Source: Macrostomum lignano (lineage: Eukaryota). From it: a DNA stretch of 60,743 nucleotides. The position numbers and the translations under genes were made by a program. Positions 1 through 11,728 of the stretch are shown piece after piece (the first letter of the stretch is position 1; every line of letters starts with the position of its first letter). The DNA lies in NCBI GenBank assembly GCA_002269645.1, contig NIVC01001576.1, forward strand, positions 1 to 60,743, written 5' to 3'. The notes under the pieces are model-generated. The model made no database searches. It worked only from the letters and a program-made list of their open reading frames with translations, and was not told the DNA's origin.

Positions 1-30
1 GACAGACAGACAGACAGACAGACAGACAGA
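1..30 (+). repeat. (GACA)n microsatellite, truncated by window start
   Basis: Direct GACA tetramer run. Confidence 0.95.
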
Positions 31-609
31 GAGCAGAACAAGTTTCCGAAGAAAATTCATGGTCAGTTTCCGATGCGCACGCAAATATAGACAGCAATGT
101 CCGCACGGCACGCTGATCAGTAGTACAATTAGTATATTTATCAATAAATAATACGCACAGATCGAAGCGATTCTCTGATATAGGGGAATGTATCAACAAG
201 CTGCATTTACAGGTGTGCAATACAAAGGGGCACAATATGTACACTGTAAATAGGCGATATAAAAGTGCCGTCGTATCAAAATGTTCCGTTCGGTAACTGA
301 GGGCAACTTGAAATTGTCCCCTGGCAGGCGGTTTTGGTAAAACAATAAACAATAGATTATACATTGGAATGCTGAGCTTAGCGCAGGTAAAATCAATTTT
401 GCAATAAAATTAACAATTGTACTGTAAATTCATGAATCGTGGCACTCCTAATTAGAGTTAGCAGTTCATGCACATGAACGCGGTTGAATAAGCTAATTGC
501 ATTGCCAATTAAACGGCTAAGTATTGTATAAAAGACAGATATTTATGAAAAAAAGCGATTGACGGCAAGTTCATCGCCATCATGGATATGTTTTTGTCTC
601 AATTTCCGA

Positions 610-960
610 CTTCTAAAAATAGCCTGGAAAATCCTGAAGGTAATTCTTGGGACTTTTCGGTGGATAACTAAATAATAGAATTCTGCTGAGCCGTAAGGAT
701 ATTTAGGTGAATCCCATTAAAAATTGACCCGTGAGGGAATCTGCGGGGTTTCTTTTGTAGATTATAAAAATAACCTGGAGAATCCGGAAGGTAATTCTCA
801 CAGGTTTAAGAATACTTTCCAGGGAAAGGAAATAATACAAAATTCTGTGGAGCCGTCAAAAAATTAAGGGGAATCCCATTACGAACTGTCCCCTACTTAG
901 GAATCTCCGGGGTTTCCTTGATGTATTCCAAAATAACCTGGCAAAAGCTGGGGGAATTCC
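610..960. repeat. Degenerate ~155-bp tandem repeat (about 2.3 copies) downstream of the Fas2 stop codon
   Basis: AAAATA(A/G)CCTGG recurs near 615, 766 and 929. GAAGGTAATTCT, GAATCCCATT and GGAATCT..GGGGTTTC each follow twice in the same order. Confidence 0.6.
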
Positions 961-1003
961 CGAAAATTATCCCACTGTAAACTGGTCGGACAAAGTCGCA
1001 GCA

Positions 1004-2780
1004 TCAAAGGAAGCCGCCAGTCAAAGGCAGCCGTGCGGCAAGCAGCGCCGCCGTCAGCAGAGCGCCGCGCCAGGACGGCGCCAGAGCTGGCGGCGCCCGG
1101 CTCAGCACGCGATCCGGCCGGCCCAGAGCGTCAGGGGCGGCGGTCAGAAACACGGTGCGCTGAGTCTGCGACTCGCCAACCGCGACAGCGCTTTGATCTC
1201 GGCCTCGTACCAGGTACTGGCCTCCAGATCGGTGACTCGGTACTCGCTCAGGTACGGATTGTAGAACGGCGGCCGGTAGAGAATCCAGCCGCCCTTGTAG
1301 CCGGTGATGGCCCGCCTGGCCGGGTCGTAGAACACCGGCCGGACGCGGATCTCGTAGCCCACCAGGGGGTCTCCGCCGTTGACCGGCACCTTCCAGCGCA
1401 GCGTTTGGCTGTACGGGTAGGTGCTGCGGTTCGACGACAGGAAGATCACGGGATCGGGCGAGCCTCGGTCCTTGGTTCGAATCTGCAACGGTAGCTGCAT
1501 GTTGTCGGCCGTGACGCCTACAGCATTTCTGGCCCTGACCCGGATGCTGTAGTCCGTGCTGGGCATCAGGCCGTGGATTGTGATGTCGGAGTTCAGGGCG
1601 AACTGCACCGGTCCGTACCTGGATAACAGGGGGGATTCTGGCTGTTAAATTAGGAATTTGGCCAGGGAATCTCGAAAATTTGGATTTTGAATAACAAATT
1701 CTGAAAAAGGAGATTAAATTATAATTGAATATTTAGGAATTCCCAGGTCTAATTCTGGCATTCGGGAATTCCCAGGTCTAATTCTGGCATTCAGGAATTC
1801 CCAGGTCTAATTCTGGTATTTGGGAATTCCCAGGTCTAATTCTGGTATTTGGGAATTCCCAGGTCTAATTCTGGTATTTGGGAATTCCAAGTCTAATTCT
1901 GCAATTCGGGAATTCCCAGGTCTAATTCTGGCATTCAGGAATTTCCAGGTCTAATTCTGGTATTTGGGAATTCCCAGGTCTAATTCTGGTATTTGGGAAT
2001 TCCCAGGTCTAATTCTGGTATTTGGGAATTCCCAGGTCTAATTCTGGTATTTGGGAATTCCTAAGTCTAATTCTGCAATTCGGGAATTCCCAGGTCTAAT
2101 TCTGGCATTCAGGAATTCCCAGGTCTAATTCTGGTATTTGGGAATTCCCAGGTCTAATTCTGGTATTTGGGAATTCCCAGGTCTAATTCTGGTATTTGGG
2201 AATTCCCAGGTCTAATTCTGGTATTTGGGAATTCCCAAGTCTAATTCTGCAATTCGGGAATTCCCAGATCTAATTCTGGTATTTGGGATTTCCCAGGTGT
2301 AATTCTGGAATTTGGGAATTCCCAGGTCTACTTTCGACAGCAGAGATTCAAACAGCCAGACACACACCAGGGGAGGGGAGGGCGGCAACGCCAGCTTACC
2401 AAGTCAGCTGTCCGCTGAGGGCGCTGTAAGTTAGCTCATAGTACCAGAGATGCATCCCACCGTCCTCCGCTGGCGGCTGCACGTCCAGCTGGACGCTGCT
2501 GGCGGTGGTGGACACTACGGTGACCCGGGGCGGGCCTGGCACCGAGGCCTTGTAGAACATCATTTCGTGCCTGCCGCTCCCTATGCGGTTGCTGGCGTTG
2601 CAGATGTACCGGTCGAATACCCAGCGCTCGATGCCGTAGTCAGGGTACACCTTGGCGGATCGGGCGGGCGGGGCGGCGAAATTGGGGCTCGCTGAGACTC
2701 AAAAGCGGACAGAAAGAAAGCAGACTGGCAGCTTACCAGATGGCCAGACACAGACAGATAGACAGACAGACAGACAGACC

Positions 2781-2831
<51 letters not shown>

Positions 2832-5800
2832 GGACAGACAGACAGACAGAAAGACAGACAGACACTAAGACAGACAGACACTAAGACAGGAAGACAGACA
2901 GACAGACAGACAGACAGACACACAGACAGACAGACAGACAGACAGAAAGACAGACAGACAGACAGACACAGACAGACAGACAGACAGACAGGCAGACAGG
3001 CAGGTAGACAGAAGACCATAAAACAGAAGCGGGGAATCCAGCAGCATACCTGCAGCCAGCTCTGTGAGTAGATCTCATAATCCCAGGTGAAGATCCGGTA
3101 GGTGCCATTGTCAGTGTACGGTGGAATCTCGGCGAACTGGCGGTACCAGCGCCACTGCGGGTGCGGCAGGCCGTAGCTGATGCAGGTGATGTTGGTGACA
3201 TTGCGCAGCCAGCCGTACATCATGCTCACATTGTTGGAGGTGAGGTTGGGCTGCATCAGCACCATCACAGTGCCATTCAGGGTGCTGTTCCAGGCTGGGT
3301 TCACCGCCATGCAGGTGTAGTTCCAGCTGTCCAGGTACACCGTGCGCTTGATCTCCAGGTGCAGCCGGTGCACCCGGCCGTCCACGGGGTCCTGACTGCG
3401 GCGGATCTGTCATTTAAAGAAATATTATTGGGCAAGTTGTTTCTTATTTTTTGCGTGTTGTTCATCTTCTGGTCCGATATGGCTGCTCCTTCTCAGTGTC
3501 CTTTCATTACCTGTGGCTTCTTCTCCTCTAACCGTCTACTCTCCCTAACCTCCCTCCTGCCTTCTCCCTACACTCTCTTCCCCTCACCACCCTCCCTTCC
3601 CCTCCCCGCCCTCTCTTCCCCTCCCCGCCCTGTCTTCCCCTCCCCGCCCTGTCTTCGCCTCTTTACCCTCTTCCCCTCCCCGCCCTCTCTTCCCCTCCCC
3701 GCCCTGTCTTCCCTCCTCGCCCTTTCTTCGCCTCTTTACCTCTTCCCCTCCCCGCCCTCTCTTCCCCTCCCCGCCCTCTCTTCCCTCCCCGCCCTGTCTT
3801 CCCTCCCCGCGTCTTCGCCTCTTTCCTCTCCCTCCCCCTCTCTTCCCCTCCCCGCCCTCTCTTCCCCTCCCCCGCCCTCGTCTTCCCCTCCCGCCCTCTC
3901 TTCCCCTCCCCGCCCTCTCTCCCCTCCCCGCCCTCTCTTCCCCTCCCCGCCCTCTCTTCCCTCCCCCGCCCTCTCTTCCCCTCCCCGCCCTGTCTTCGCC
4001 TCTTTACCCTCTTCCCCTCCCCGCCCTCTCTTCCCTCCCCGCCCTGTCTTCCCCTCCCGCCCGTCTTCGCCTCTTTACCCTCTTCCCTCCCCGCCCTCTC
4101 TTCCCCTCCCGCCCTCTTCCCCTCCCGCCCTCTCTTCCCCTCCCCGCCCTCTTCCCCCCGCCCTCTCTTCCCCTCCCCGCCCTCTCCCCTCCCCGCCCTC
4201 TTCCCTCCCCGCCCTGTCTTCCCCTCCCCGCCCTATCCACGCAGCCTGAGCAGCCGGTGCACTCACACTGATCCTGCTGTCATCAGGCTGGGGCCCATCA
4301 CATACGGCGCGTAGGTGCCGTACTTCTGGAACTGCAGGTCCAGCGGGCTGGTGGCGTACACCTCGCACACCAGCTCCACAGTATCGCCGAGCCGGACCTC
4401 CCGGTTCATCATGGCCTGGTAGTTGCGAAACTGCGGTATCAGATGCACGACAACGTCGATCTCGGCCTCGGTGTACATGTCGGCAGTGATCTCCCTGATG
4501 ACATCGGAGGTCACCACGGCCCGGCAGATGTAGGTGTCGTCGTCTTTGAGGAATTCCGCCATAGCGATACGGAGTTCGCCAACGTTGGCCCGGGTGTCCA
4601 CGAAGTACTTGTTGGTGCCGTACAGGTGAAGGGGCCGGTTGCGGTCCTGCGCTCGATACCAGATCACCTGGGCAGGGAGTAGCACGGGGAGAAGGCAGTG
4701 CATGACTGACAGGTATTGGCAGCATTGGAGTGCTCTGACGAGAGTGACAGTAAAGAATTGACTACAAGAGTGACAGGCAGTGACAATAGAATACAGTAGT
4801 GACAGGCAGTGGCAATCCAGGAGTGACTGACAGGCAGTGACAATCCAGGAGTGACTAACAGGCAGTGACAATCCAGGAGTGACTGACAGGCAGTGACAAT
4901 TCAGGAGTGAGTGACAGGCAGTGACAATTCAGGGAGTGAGTGACAGGCAGTGACAATTCAGGGAGTGAGTGACAGGCAGTGACAATTCAGGGAGTGACTG
5001 ACAGGCAGTGACAATTCAGGAGTGAGTGACAGGCAGTGACAATTCAGGGAGTGAGTGACAGGCAGTGACAATTCAGGAGTGAGTGACAGGCAGTGACAAT
5101 TCAGGGAGTGACTGACAGGCAGTGACAATTCAGGAGTGACAATTCAGGGAGTGACTGACAGACAGTGACAATCCAGGAGTGACTGACACACAGACAGTGA
5201 CAATCCAGGAGTGACTGACACACAGACAGTGACAATCCAGGAGTGACTGACACACAGACAGTGACAATCCAGGAGTGACTGACACACAGACAGTGACAAT
5301 CCAGGAGTGACTGACACACAGACAGTGACAATCCAGGAGTGACTGACACACAGACAGTGACAATCCAGGAGTGACTGACACACAGACAGTGACAATCCAG
5401 GAGTGACTGACACACAGACAGTGACAATCCAGGAGTGACTGACACACAGACAGTGACAATCCAGGAGTGACTGACACACAGGTAGTGACAATCCAGGAGT
5501 GACAGGCGCAGTGAGTCCCTCACCTGAGGCACTGGAGTGCCAGTGGCCATGCACTTGAGATAGCAATCCATGCCGTTGATGCAGGCAGCGGGGTACTTAA
5601 TCACGGGTCCGTAGGTAATTTCAGGCTTGTGAAACACTCGCACCACAATGTTGACATCCATGAAATCCGAGCCCGTGCTGCGGGCCTGGCAGACGTAGGT
5701 GCCCTGGTCAGATGATAGAGAGGGGCTGATGATGAGGCCCTGCAGCGGGTTGATGGTGTACCGGCCGCCAGTCCTGATTGGCTGGCTGTTGAAGAACCAA

Positions 5801-6097
5801 GCCACGCTGATGTCGCTGCCCTTGAACGAGCAGAATATGGTGCTGGTCTTGTTAAACGGGATCCACTGCTCGGTTGGCGCGTAATTGATCTCAATGCGCT
5901 GGATGATGCGCACGTTGATATAGTCCTCGCTGACCACCTCGGGCGGGTTCACCAGCTGGTTCATGTACCTGCAGTAGTATCTGCGGGCCAAGGCGAGGCC
6001 GAAGTTGCAGGGCGAAGTGAAGGGTGGCGAGAGGAGAGAGCGGGAGGAACAGAGACAGTCATAAGATGAGGCAGGAGGGTGAAGAGTGAGTGAGATA

Positions 6098-6144
<47 letters not shown>

Positions 6145-6572
6145 AAAAATACATAGGAGACATATGAGAAATAAAAGGTACAGATGAGAGACATGGGGGG
6201 GCCAATCACGCCAGACAATGCAACGCACCTGCCCTGATCGTCATCTTTGAAGTTGTTAACGAATATCATGAGCACTCGGGGATCGCTGGTGTCCCGCTTG
6301 ATGTAGACCTGCTTATTCATGTCCTGGTTGGACACGGGGGTGTAGTAGTTTCGCGGATGGTACCAGAATAGGGTGAGGCTGGTCTCAGTGCTGACAGGCC
6401 GGCAGGACAGGGAGATGCTGCGGTCCCGGTCAACATAGATCGTATCGCCGTCGGCAGGCTTGTTCGAGATCACCACGCCGGCTGCAGACTGGGCAGGCCG
6501 CGGTGCCACCAGCAGGTGGAGAGCAGCTACCAGGGCGTGGACTGCCAATTGGCTGCTGTGGTGCAGCTTCAT
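1004..6572 (-). CDS. Fas2: Fasciclin II / NCAM-family cell adhesion molecule (signal peptide, 5 Ig, 2 FN3, hydrophobic GPI-like tail; about 808 aa after correcting two 1-bp deletions)
   Basis: Exons 6572-6229, 5980-5524, 4667-4267, 3406-3050, 2650-2400 and 1618-1004, all with GT..AG introns. Splicing creates Ig F-strand motifs (DDQG|RYYC, DQGTYVC, DDDTYIC, DSWNYTC, FDRYICNASNRIGSG) and FN3 motifs (PPAEDGG..YY, GLMPSTDYSIRVRARNAVG, W..PVNGGDPLVGY, DLEASTWYEAEIKA). The 5Ig+2FN3 layout is diagnostic of NCAM/Fas2/apCAM. One base is missing at 4290-4293 and one at 1176-1177. Confidence 0.92.
1735..2330. repeat. 29-bp minisatellite (GGGAATTCCCAGGTCTAATTCTGGTATTT), about 20 copies, Fas2 intron 5
   Basis: Direct tandem units. 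A GCAATTC variant recurs at 1901, 2075 and 2249 (174 bp = 6 units). Confidence 0.95.
2748..3008 (+). repeat. (GACA)n microsatellite, Fas2 intron 4
   Basis: Direct; source of the spurious DRQT and SVCL ORFs. Confidence 0.95.
3560..4235. repeat. Polypyrimidine/polypurine minisatellite (about 19-bp CCCTCTCTTCCCCTCCCCG), Fas2 intron 3
   Basis: Direct C/T-rich tandem units. Confidence 0.9.
4795..5505. repeat. Two related minisatellites (27-28 bp, then 32-bp GAGTGACTGACACACAGACAGTGACAATCCAG), Fas2 intron 2
   Basis: Direct tandem units sharing a CAGTGACAAT core. Confidence 0.9.
6100..6138 (+). repeat. (GA)n microsatellite, Fas2 intron 1
   Basis: Direct. Confidence 0.9.
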
Positions 6573-7149
6573 AGGCGAGCAGTTGGCATCCAGTGCAAGG
6601 TTTGAGCATTCTGGATAGCAGAAGTCCTGGAGTTTGCCTACTCATCTAGTAGCAAATGCCCTAGCAACCAAATATTGCCCTATATACAAAAAATTAGCCT
6701 TATTAGTTGACTACCTTTTGGCTAATTTACATATTTAACAATTCGAACAAACTCAATCAATTAAAAATGAGTTTTAAATAAAATTTATAACTTCTCATTT
6801 TTCAGGTTCAACTGTTGCATGCACAAACTCTTTTTTATTCCAAAGTTTATTGAAGAATAAATTTTAGATAAAGTGATTTATATGAGAACCTTAAGCCTAG
6901 CCACTCTAAACTCTACTCTATTAGAAGTTTTACAAATCCAGTTCTAAGCTATTGTCAGGGTATACACAAACTAAAGAATGACCTTGGCATAAATGCAATA
7001 TGAATCCTTATATGAAGTTAATATTTGATACAACTACATTTAGATTCTATATTAATAGTATATAGCTTATGATATATATGTTTTATATATCAGTATTATA
7101 TATTCTAGATTTATCAGGCATATTATTGGCATTGCAAGGGTATAAATTA

Positions 7150-7970
7150 TATATTTAATCTATTTAGAATGAACTAGCACATAAAGCCCCCATGGGGCAT
7201 TCGAATCCAAAATTATAACATTGAAAGTATTAAAAAAACATTGTTTTTAAAATATTTGACACACTTTCAAATCAATTTTTTCATTGTTTGAAGTTTTACA
7301 GAAACATTATAAGCCCCATGGTGCACATTCAAATTTAAAATTCAAGTACTGAAAGCATAAACAACATTGTTTTTTGAATATTTGACCCATTTCCAATTGT
7401 GGTGTAAGTTTTATATACCAATTTGCCAAATTAATATGAATTAATTGGGCTCATTAAATACTACTAAAAACTGCAACCATGTCACCCTCTGAGTCTGTTG
7501 TAAAATAACACAAACAATATTAAAGCAAATTAGAGGGTTGATAAAAAGGCTTCACATATTGCATTTCAGCCTTTTCAGGCCAGCTTTAAAACCCCTTGCT
7601 CTCTTTCATCAATTGTCTATCACATTGGTTGGTAAACAATAAAATTGAATTAACACTGCAATTAAATTATGAACCTGCTGCACCAAAGGTCATAAAAATC
7701 CTTATCTTTATTGTGAATACACACTCTTCTACACTGTACATTGACCAATTAGATAATTAAATAGAGCACCCATTAGAAGCATTAAAAATTGTTTCTCAAA
7801 TATTTGACCCCCTTCCCATTTGATTTTTCATAAAAAAAGTTATACATGATAGGCAAAAATTTATATTTTTAAAGCTTATTTGAGATAAATTGGTCAGGTA
7901 GTTCTTGAAAAGATCAATGACAGACAGACAGACTTACAAACAGCACAAAATTAGCATGTAGCAAGTTATC
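7150..7970. mobile_element. Old degenerate interspersed repeat with an internal ~125-bp duplication; possibly a Helentron/HINE-like remnant
   Basis: AAGCCCCATGG..GAAAG..ACATTGTTTTT..AATATTTGAC occurs twice (near 7185 and 7310), with a partial third copy near 7770. It ends in AAATTGGTCAGGTAGTT..TGACAGACAGACAGAC, a layout typical of DINE-1/HINE-like elements. The family call is weak. Confidence 0.3.
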
Positions 7971-8339
7971 ATATAGTAGATTTCATAATTTTAAAAATGA
8001 AACAAATAATAAGACTCATATATTGCGCCTGATTAGGAAAACATTTTATATTTATTACATAATTATTATATTTTATAAATTGTTTTTTTTGCTATATACT
8101 AAGTTGATATAATTTTTAAGTTCAAACATATTCTTTTAATATACATGGCATAAATATAAAAAAGCTAACATTGTCTTTGTGCCAGCTTAGCATAATCTTT
8201 AATGTATATTACAGGATAGCAAACTCTGGCCTATAAGAAATATATAGCTGGCAAAGTATAATAAACAAATGCCAACAAAAATATAAAAAAAATTTCTTTG
8301 TTTTTTATATTTCTAAAAACAAAATGTACTACTAGTAGG

Positions 8340-8870
8340 AAACTCAAAGTCTATAGAAAAAGCTTTAATTGGAGCTAGTCTTGGCAGCTTATTTATTTAC
8401 CAATAGCAAGTCTCCTATCAGTTAAGCCCTCATTCTAAGCCTCTTATAGGGCTGTGAGCCTCAAGGCTTTTTCACTACCCAGCTCTAAACAATATTAGAG
8501 ATTTTTTTAAGTGGTCCAAGAGTGGAAAACTGAAGTCTATAAAAAGGCTTATTTATTGGAGCAAGTCTAGAAGCTTATTGTGATAAGCAAGTCTCCTCTC
8601 AGGGGCTTGCAAGGATTAGGCTCCTATAGGGCTATAAGCCTTAAGGCTTTTTTACTATCTAGCTCTAAAAGCCTAAGCCAAGGGGTTAGAAAAGAGCACA
8701 AGGAGCAAAAGGAACCGAGACTTAGCCAGTTATTTCCCGATTTAGGATGAACTCTTCCCCAAGACACCAATCTACTATCAAAGATGAGAGCCAAGATACA
8801 ATAAACAAGGAGACTATTAGAGGAGCCAGCAGATAGACCAAGGCTAAGATAGAAACACACTTACCAAGGC
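8340..8870 (-). mobile_element. Decayed non-LTR retrotransposon (LINE) RT C-terminal remnant with a ~190-bp tandem duplication
   Basis: Minus-strand translation ILALIFDSRLVSWGRVH...LELDSKKALRLIAL resembles the YLG..lDskL.W..Hi and Q.kalR.i.g motifs downstream of LINE RT. The segment 8340-8490 is repeated at 8527-8670, and stops are frequent. Confidence 0.3.
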
Positions 8871-10721
8871 AAGATCTATCAACTCTGAATTATTGAATGG
8901 CTCAAATGTCAGATAGAACCATGGAATAAAACACTAGGATAAAACTGTAGAGGATCACATAAGTGTGACATAACCATAAGGGCTTAGCCTCAAGGCTGGT
9001 ATCAACTAGGCTCTAATGTACATTTTTGTGAATGGTTATCTTTCCTACAAGGTAGATACAACTAGGGGGCTCAAGTCTCATTCTAGCTATACTATTCTAG
9101 AGTGTTATATCTCCCGCATAAGTAAAATAAGTCAATCGTAGGATGCTACTATAAGTAAGCAATTGCATGCATATGCACCTAAAAGATGATTCATGTTACT
9201 ATTTTTAGCAGATAAATCATGTTACTAATGTTAGCAACCAACCAATCTCGTGTGACCTACAATTGTCAGTTTAAAACCCATCTGCGATTCATCATTGGTC
9301 ACGTGCAACCTACATTTGTCAGTTCAAACCTCACCTATAATTCATCATTGGCTTGAACTCAAATAAACCCATTGAAGTATCTAAAAATAGCGCAGCTACA
9401 GTAATCAATCATGCACACTTACACTAGACTAGTTGCTTAACTTTCCATCCTATTATGCTTGATAACAACCAAAGTGTGACCTTTTGACATTTGCAAAAAA
9501 GGTGATGAATGACCTCACAAGGGGTCTGTTTCTCTATAAATACAAGTGGTCCGAAGCTGACCCAGAGCCAACTTCCAATGAGAGAAGTTCTAAAGAGGAA
9601 GCCTTGGGAGGAGCAATACAATAATCACCAAGTCAATTGAGACTCAGTCGAGTTGTTGCAGTAAGCCTTTCTTATTTGCACCAGTTGTTATTGAGTCAAC
9701 TCACTATTGTTATAGTGTTAGAGTGTATTGAGACTCTTGAGTCCATTTGAGACTCCTTTGGTTGTAGTTGCCCAAAGGACTACCCTAGATCTTAGAGGAT
9801 CTAAATAGAGATTACTGGAGCATTACCTAGAGTGCATAGAGGCACTACTAGAAAGAGAAGGCTAAGGAGAAACCGCTATTTGGCGCAAGGTACCCATTGT
9901 TTGATACAAGGCCTCTGATTGGTCCTGATGGCAGATACCGGCCAGAAGTAGCTTCATCGGAAATACAAAAAGAACCAAGACAACAGGAGAACCATGAACC
10001 TTATCTGATAACTGGGTTGCCTAGCAAGGTAGCTAAAAGTGATTGTTCCTTGATTACAATAAAAGGACTAGTAATAAGGAACATATCACTATAGTCCAGA
10101 TTCCAACTCATTCCAAGTACACCCCCTTTAAACCAAGGCAGGGCCAAAACATTAGAGAAAATTTAAGGTCTATTTTTAGATTTGAAAAATCTAAGCCTTT
10201 TAGTATTAGATTTCACAAGGACATTTAGGAATTAAGCTACCCAAGAGCCAGGACAATTGGATTGCAAAAAACCTAAGAAATGCTACTAGAAGGTAGCCAG
10301 GGTAAAAACAGTCAAAGACCATCTTTATGCCTATGGCTTTTAAAACTTTATAGTAACAATCTAGTCTACTTTAGAAAAGCTAGTCCTTTTTCTTTTTTAA
10401 GCTTTTTTTAATTTATCTTTTTATCTCTTTTCCCTTTCTCTCTCCTTTTTCCTACTTTTTGTCTTTTCTTATTTTTATTTTTTTATAATTTCTTTATTCT
10501 TTGCTTTATTTCTTTCTCTATTTCCTGTCTTCTTTTCTCTCTTTTGATTTCTAGTCATGCACTATATTTTCTTGGTCATTATTAAGATAAAATTTTACCA
10601 ACTTATTTAATACTATGCAATGCATGTTTATAGTAGCCACAGTCCAAAGATAAGATAGGCCTATAGCATTTAGATTTCAAACACAAAAATTAGGTAGATT
10701 TTATAAGAGCTAGCCTACACC

Positions 10722-11615
10722 CAATGTTGGGCACAGGTCTGATACTCCAATACTCCAATAGTATTGCCAATACCATTTGAGTATCGGAGTATTGGACCTC
10801 GTTACTTTTTTCTCAATATTGGACCTTGGTATTGCCAATACATTTTCTTAAGTCCAATAATCTGATACATTTAATCAAACTAATAGTAATAAATTTGACT
10901 AAAAAGCCTAGAAAGAAAGAAAGAAAAAATAAAGAAAGAAAGAAAAAATAAAGAAAGAAAATAAAAGAAAATTCTAGAAAGAAAGATATAATGAAAGTTC
11001 TCTGTGCTCTGTGCTAAGCGCGCTCCACTGACCAATTTGACCCTCATGATAAGGCTAGTACTTCTCCGGGGCAATCAGCATATCTTGCTTGAGCCACTCT
11101 GAATTGAATTCTGAAATTATATTAGCTATTAGGCAAGTAGGTTCCTGTTAAATTGTTCATAAATGTAATTTAGTGAAAGTCAAGTAATACCTAATTTCTA
11201 ACTAATGAGTTGGAATTTTTATACATCATGCGCATTATTATTTTTGTATTATCTATCATGTAGTCTTTTCATCTTAATGTACTATGTAGGTGCAAATGCA
11301 AATATAAATATAATGAAAATTTATAACAATATTTTTCCCATTTAATCTTCTTCTCTGGTCAGCCACTTTTCACTAGAGTTTTAAATGTCTAAAAATTAAG
11401 TAGCTAAGAGCTTTTTCTTTATTTTTGGCTTGTTAGATAAAGAAAAGTGAGAAAACATGAAAAAATGATGTATTGGACCAAGTATCGGAATAAAGTATCG
11501 CGCAATACTCAAATTTTGGTATTGGACCAACAAATATTGCCAATACCTTTTAGAGTATTGGTATCGGAGTATCGCTTTAAAACAATACTTTTTTTAAATA
11601 TTGCGCTCAACACTG
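10722..11615. mobile_element. Non-autonomous hAT-like MITE (element A)
   Basis: Termini CAATGTTGGGC...GCTCAACACTG with GATACT/AGTATC/CAATAC subterminal repeats. The 8-bp flanks are CCTACACC (10714-10721) and CCTATGCC (after removing element B). Confidence 0.65.
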
Positions 11616-11728
11616 CCTATGCTGGGTTTTTTTTTTCGCCAGAGATAAGGTGCGAAATCGCACCTTGTGCCAAATTTCAAGGTGCGATTTTAAGGCTCAG
11701 AGTGCAATTTCTCTTGAGTCTTGTTTAG

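Noticed and set aside
1033-1494. Antisense 153-aa ORF over the last Fas2 exon (and similar plus-strand ORFs over Irx exons)
   Set aside because: Expected shadow ORFs of GC-rich coding sequence.
4285-4300. Programmed ribosomal frameshifting in Fas2
   Set aside because: No X XXY YYZ slippery heptamer or evident stimulatory structure, and NCAM/Fas2 genes are not known to frameshift; an indel error or mutation is simpler.
9400-10400. Retroelement or gene ORFs (9424-9621, 9897-10094, 10043-10228)
   Set aside because: Short, with no recognisable motifs; the region looks like heavily decayed repeat DNA.
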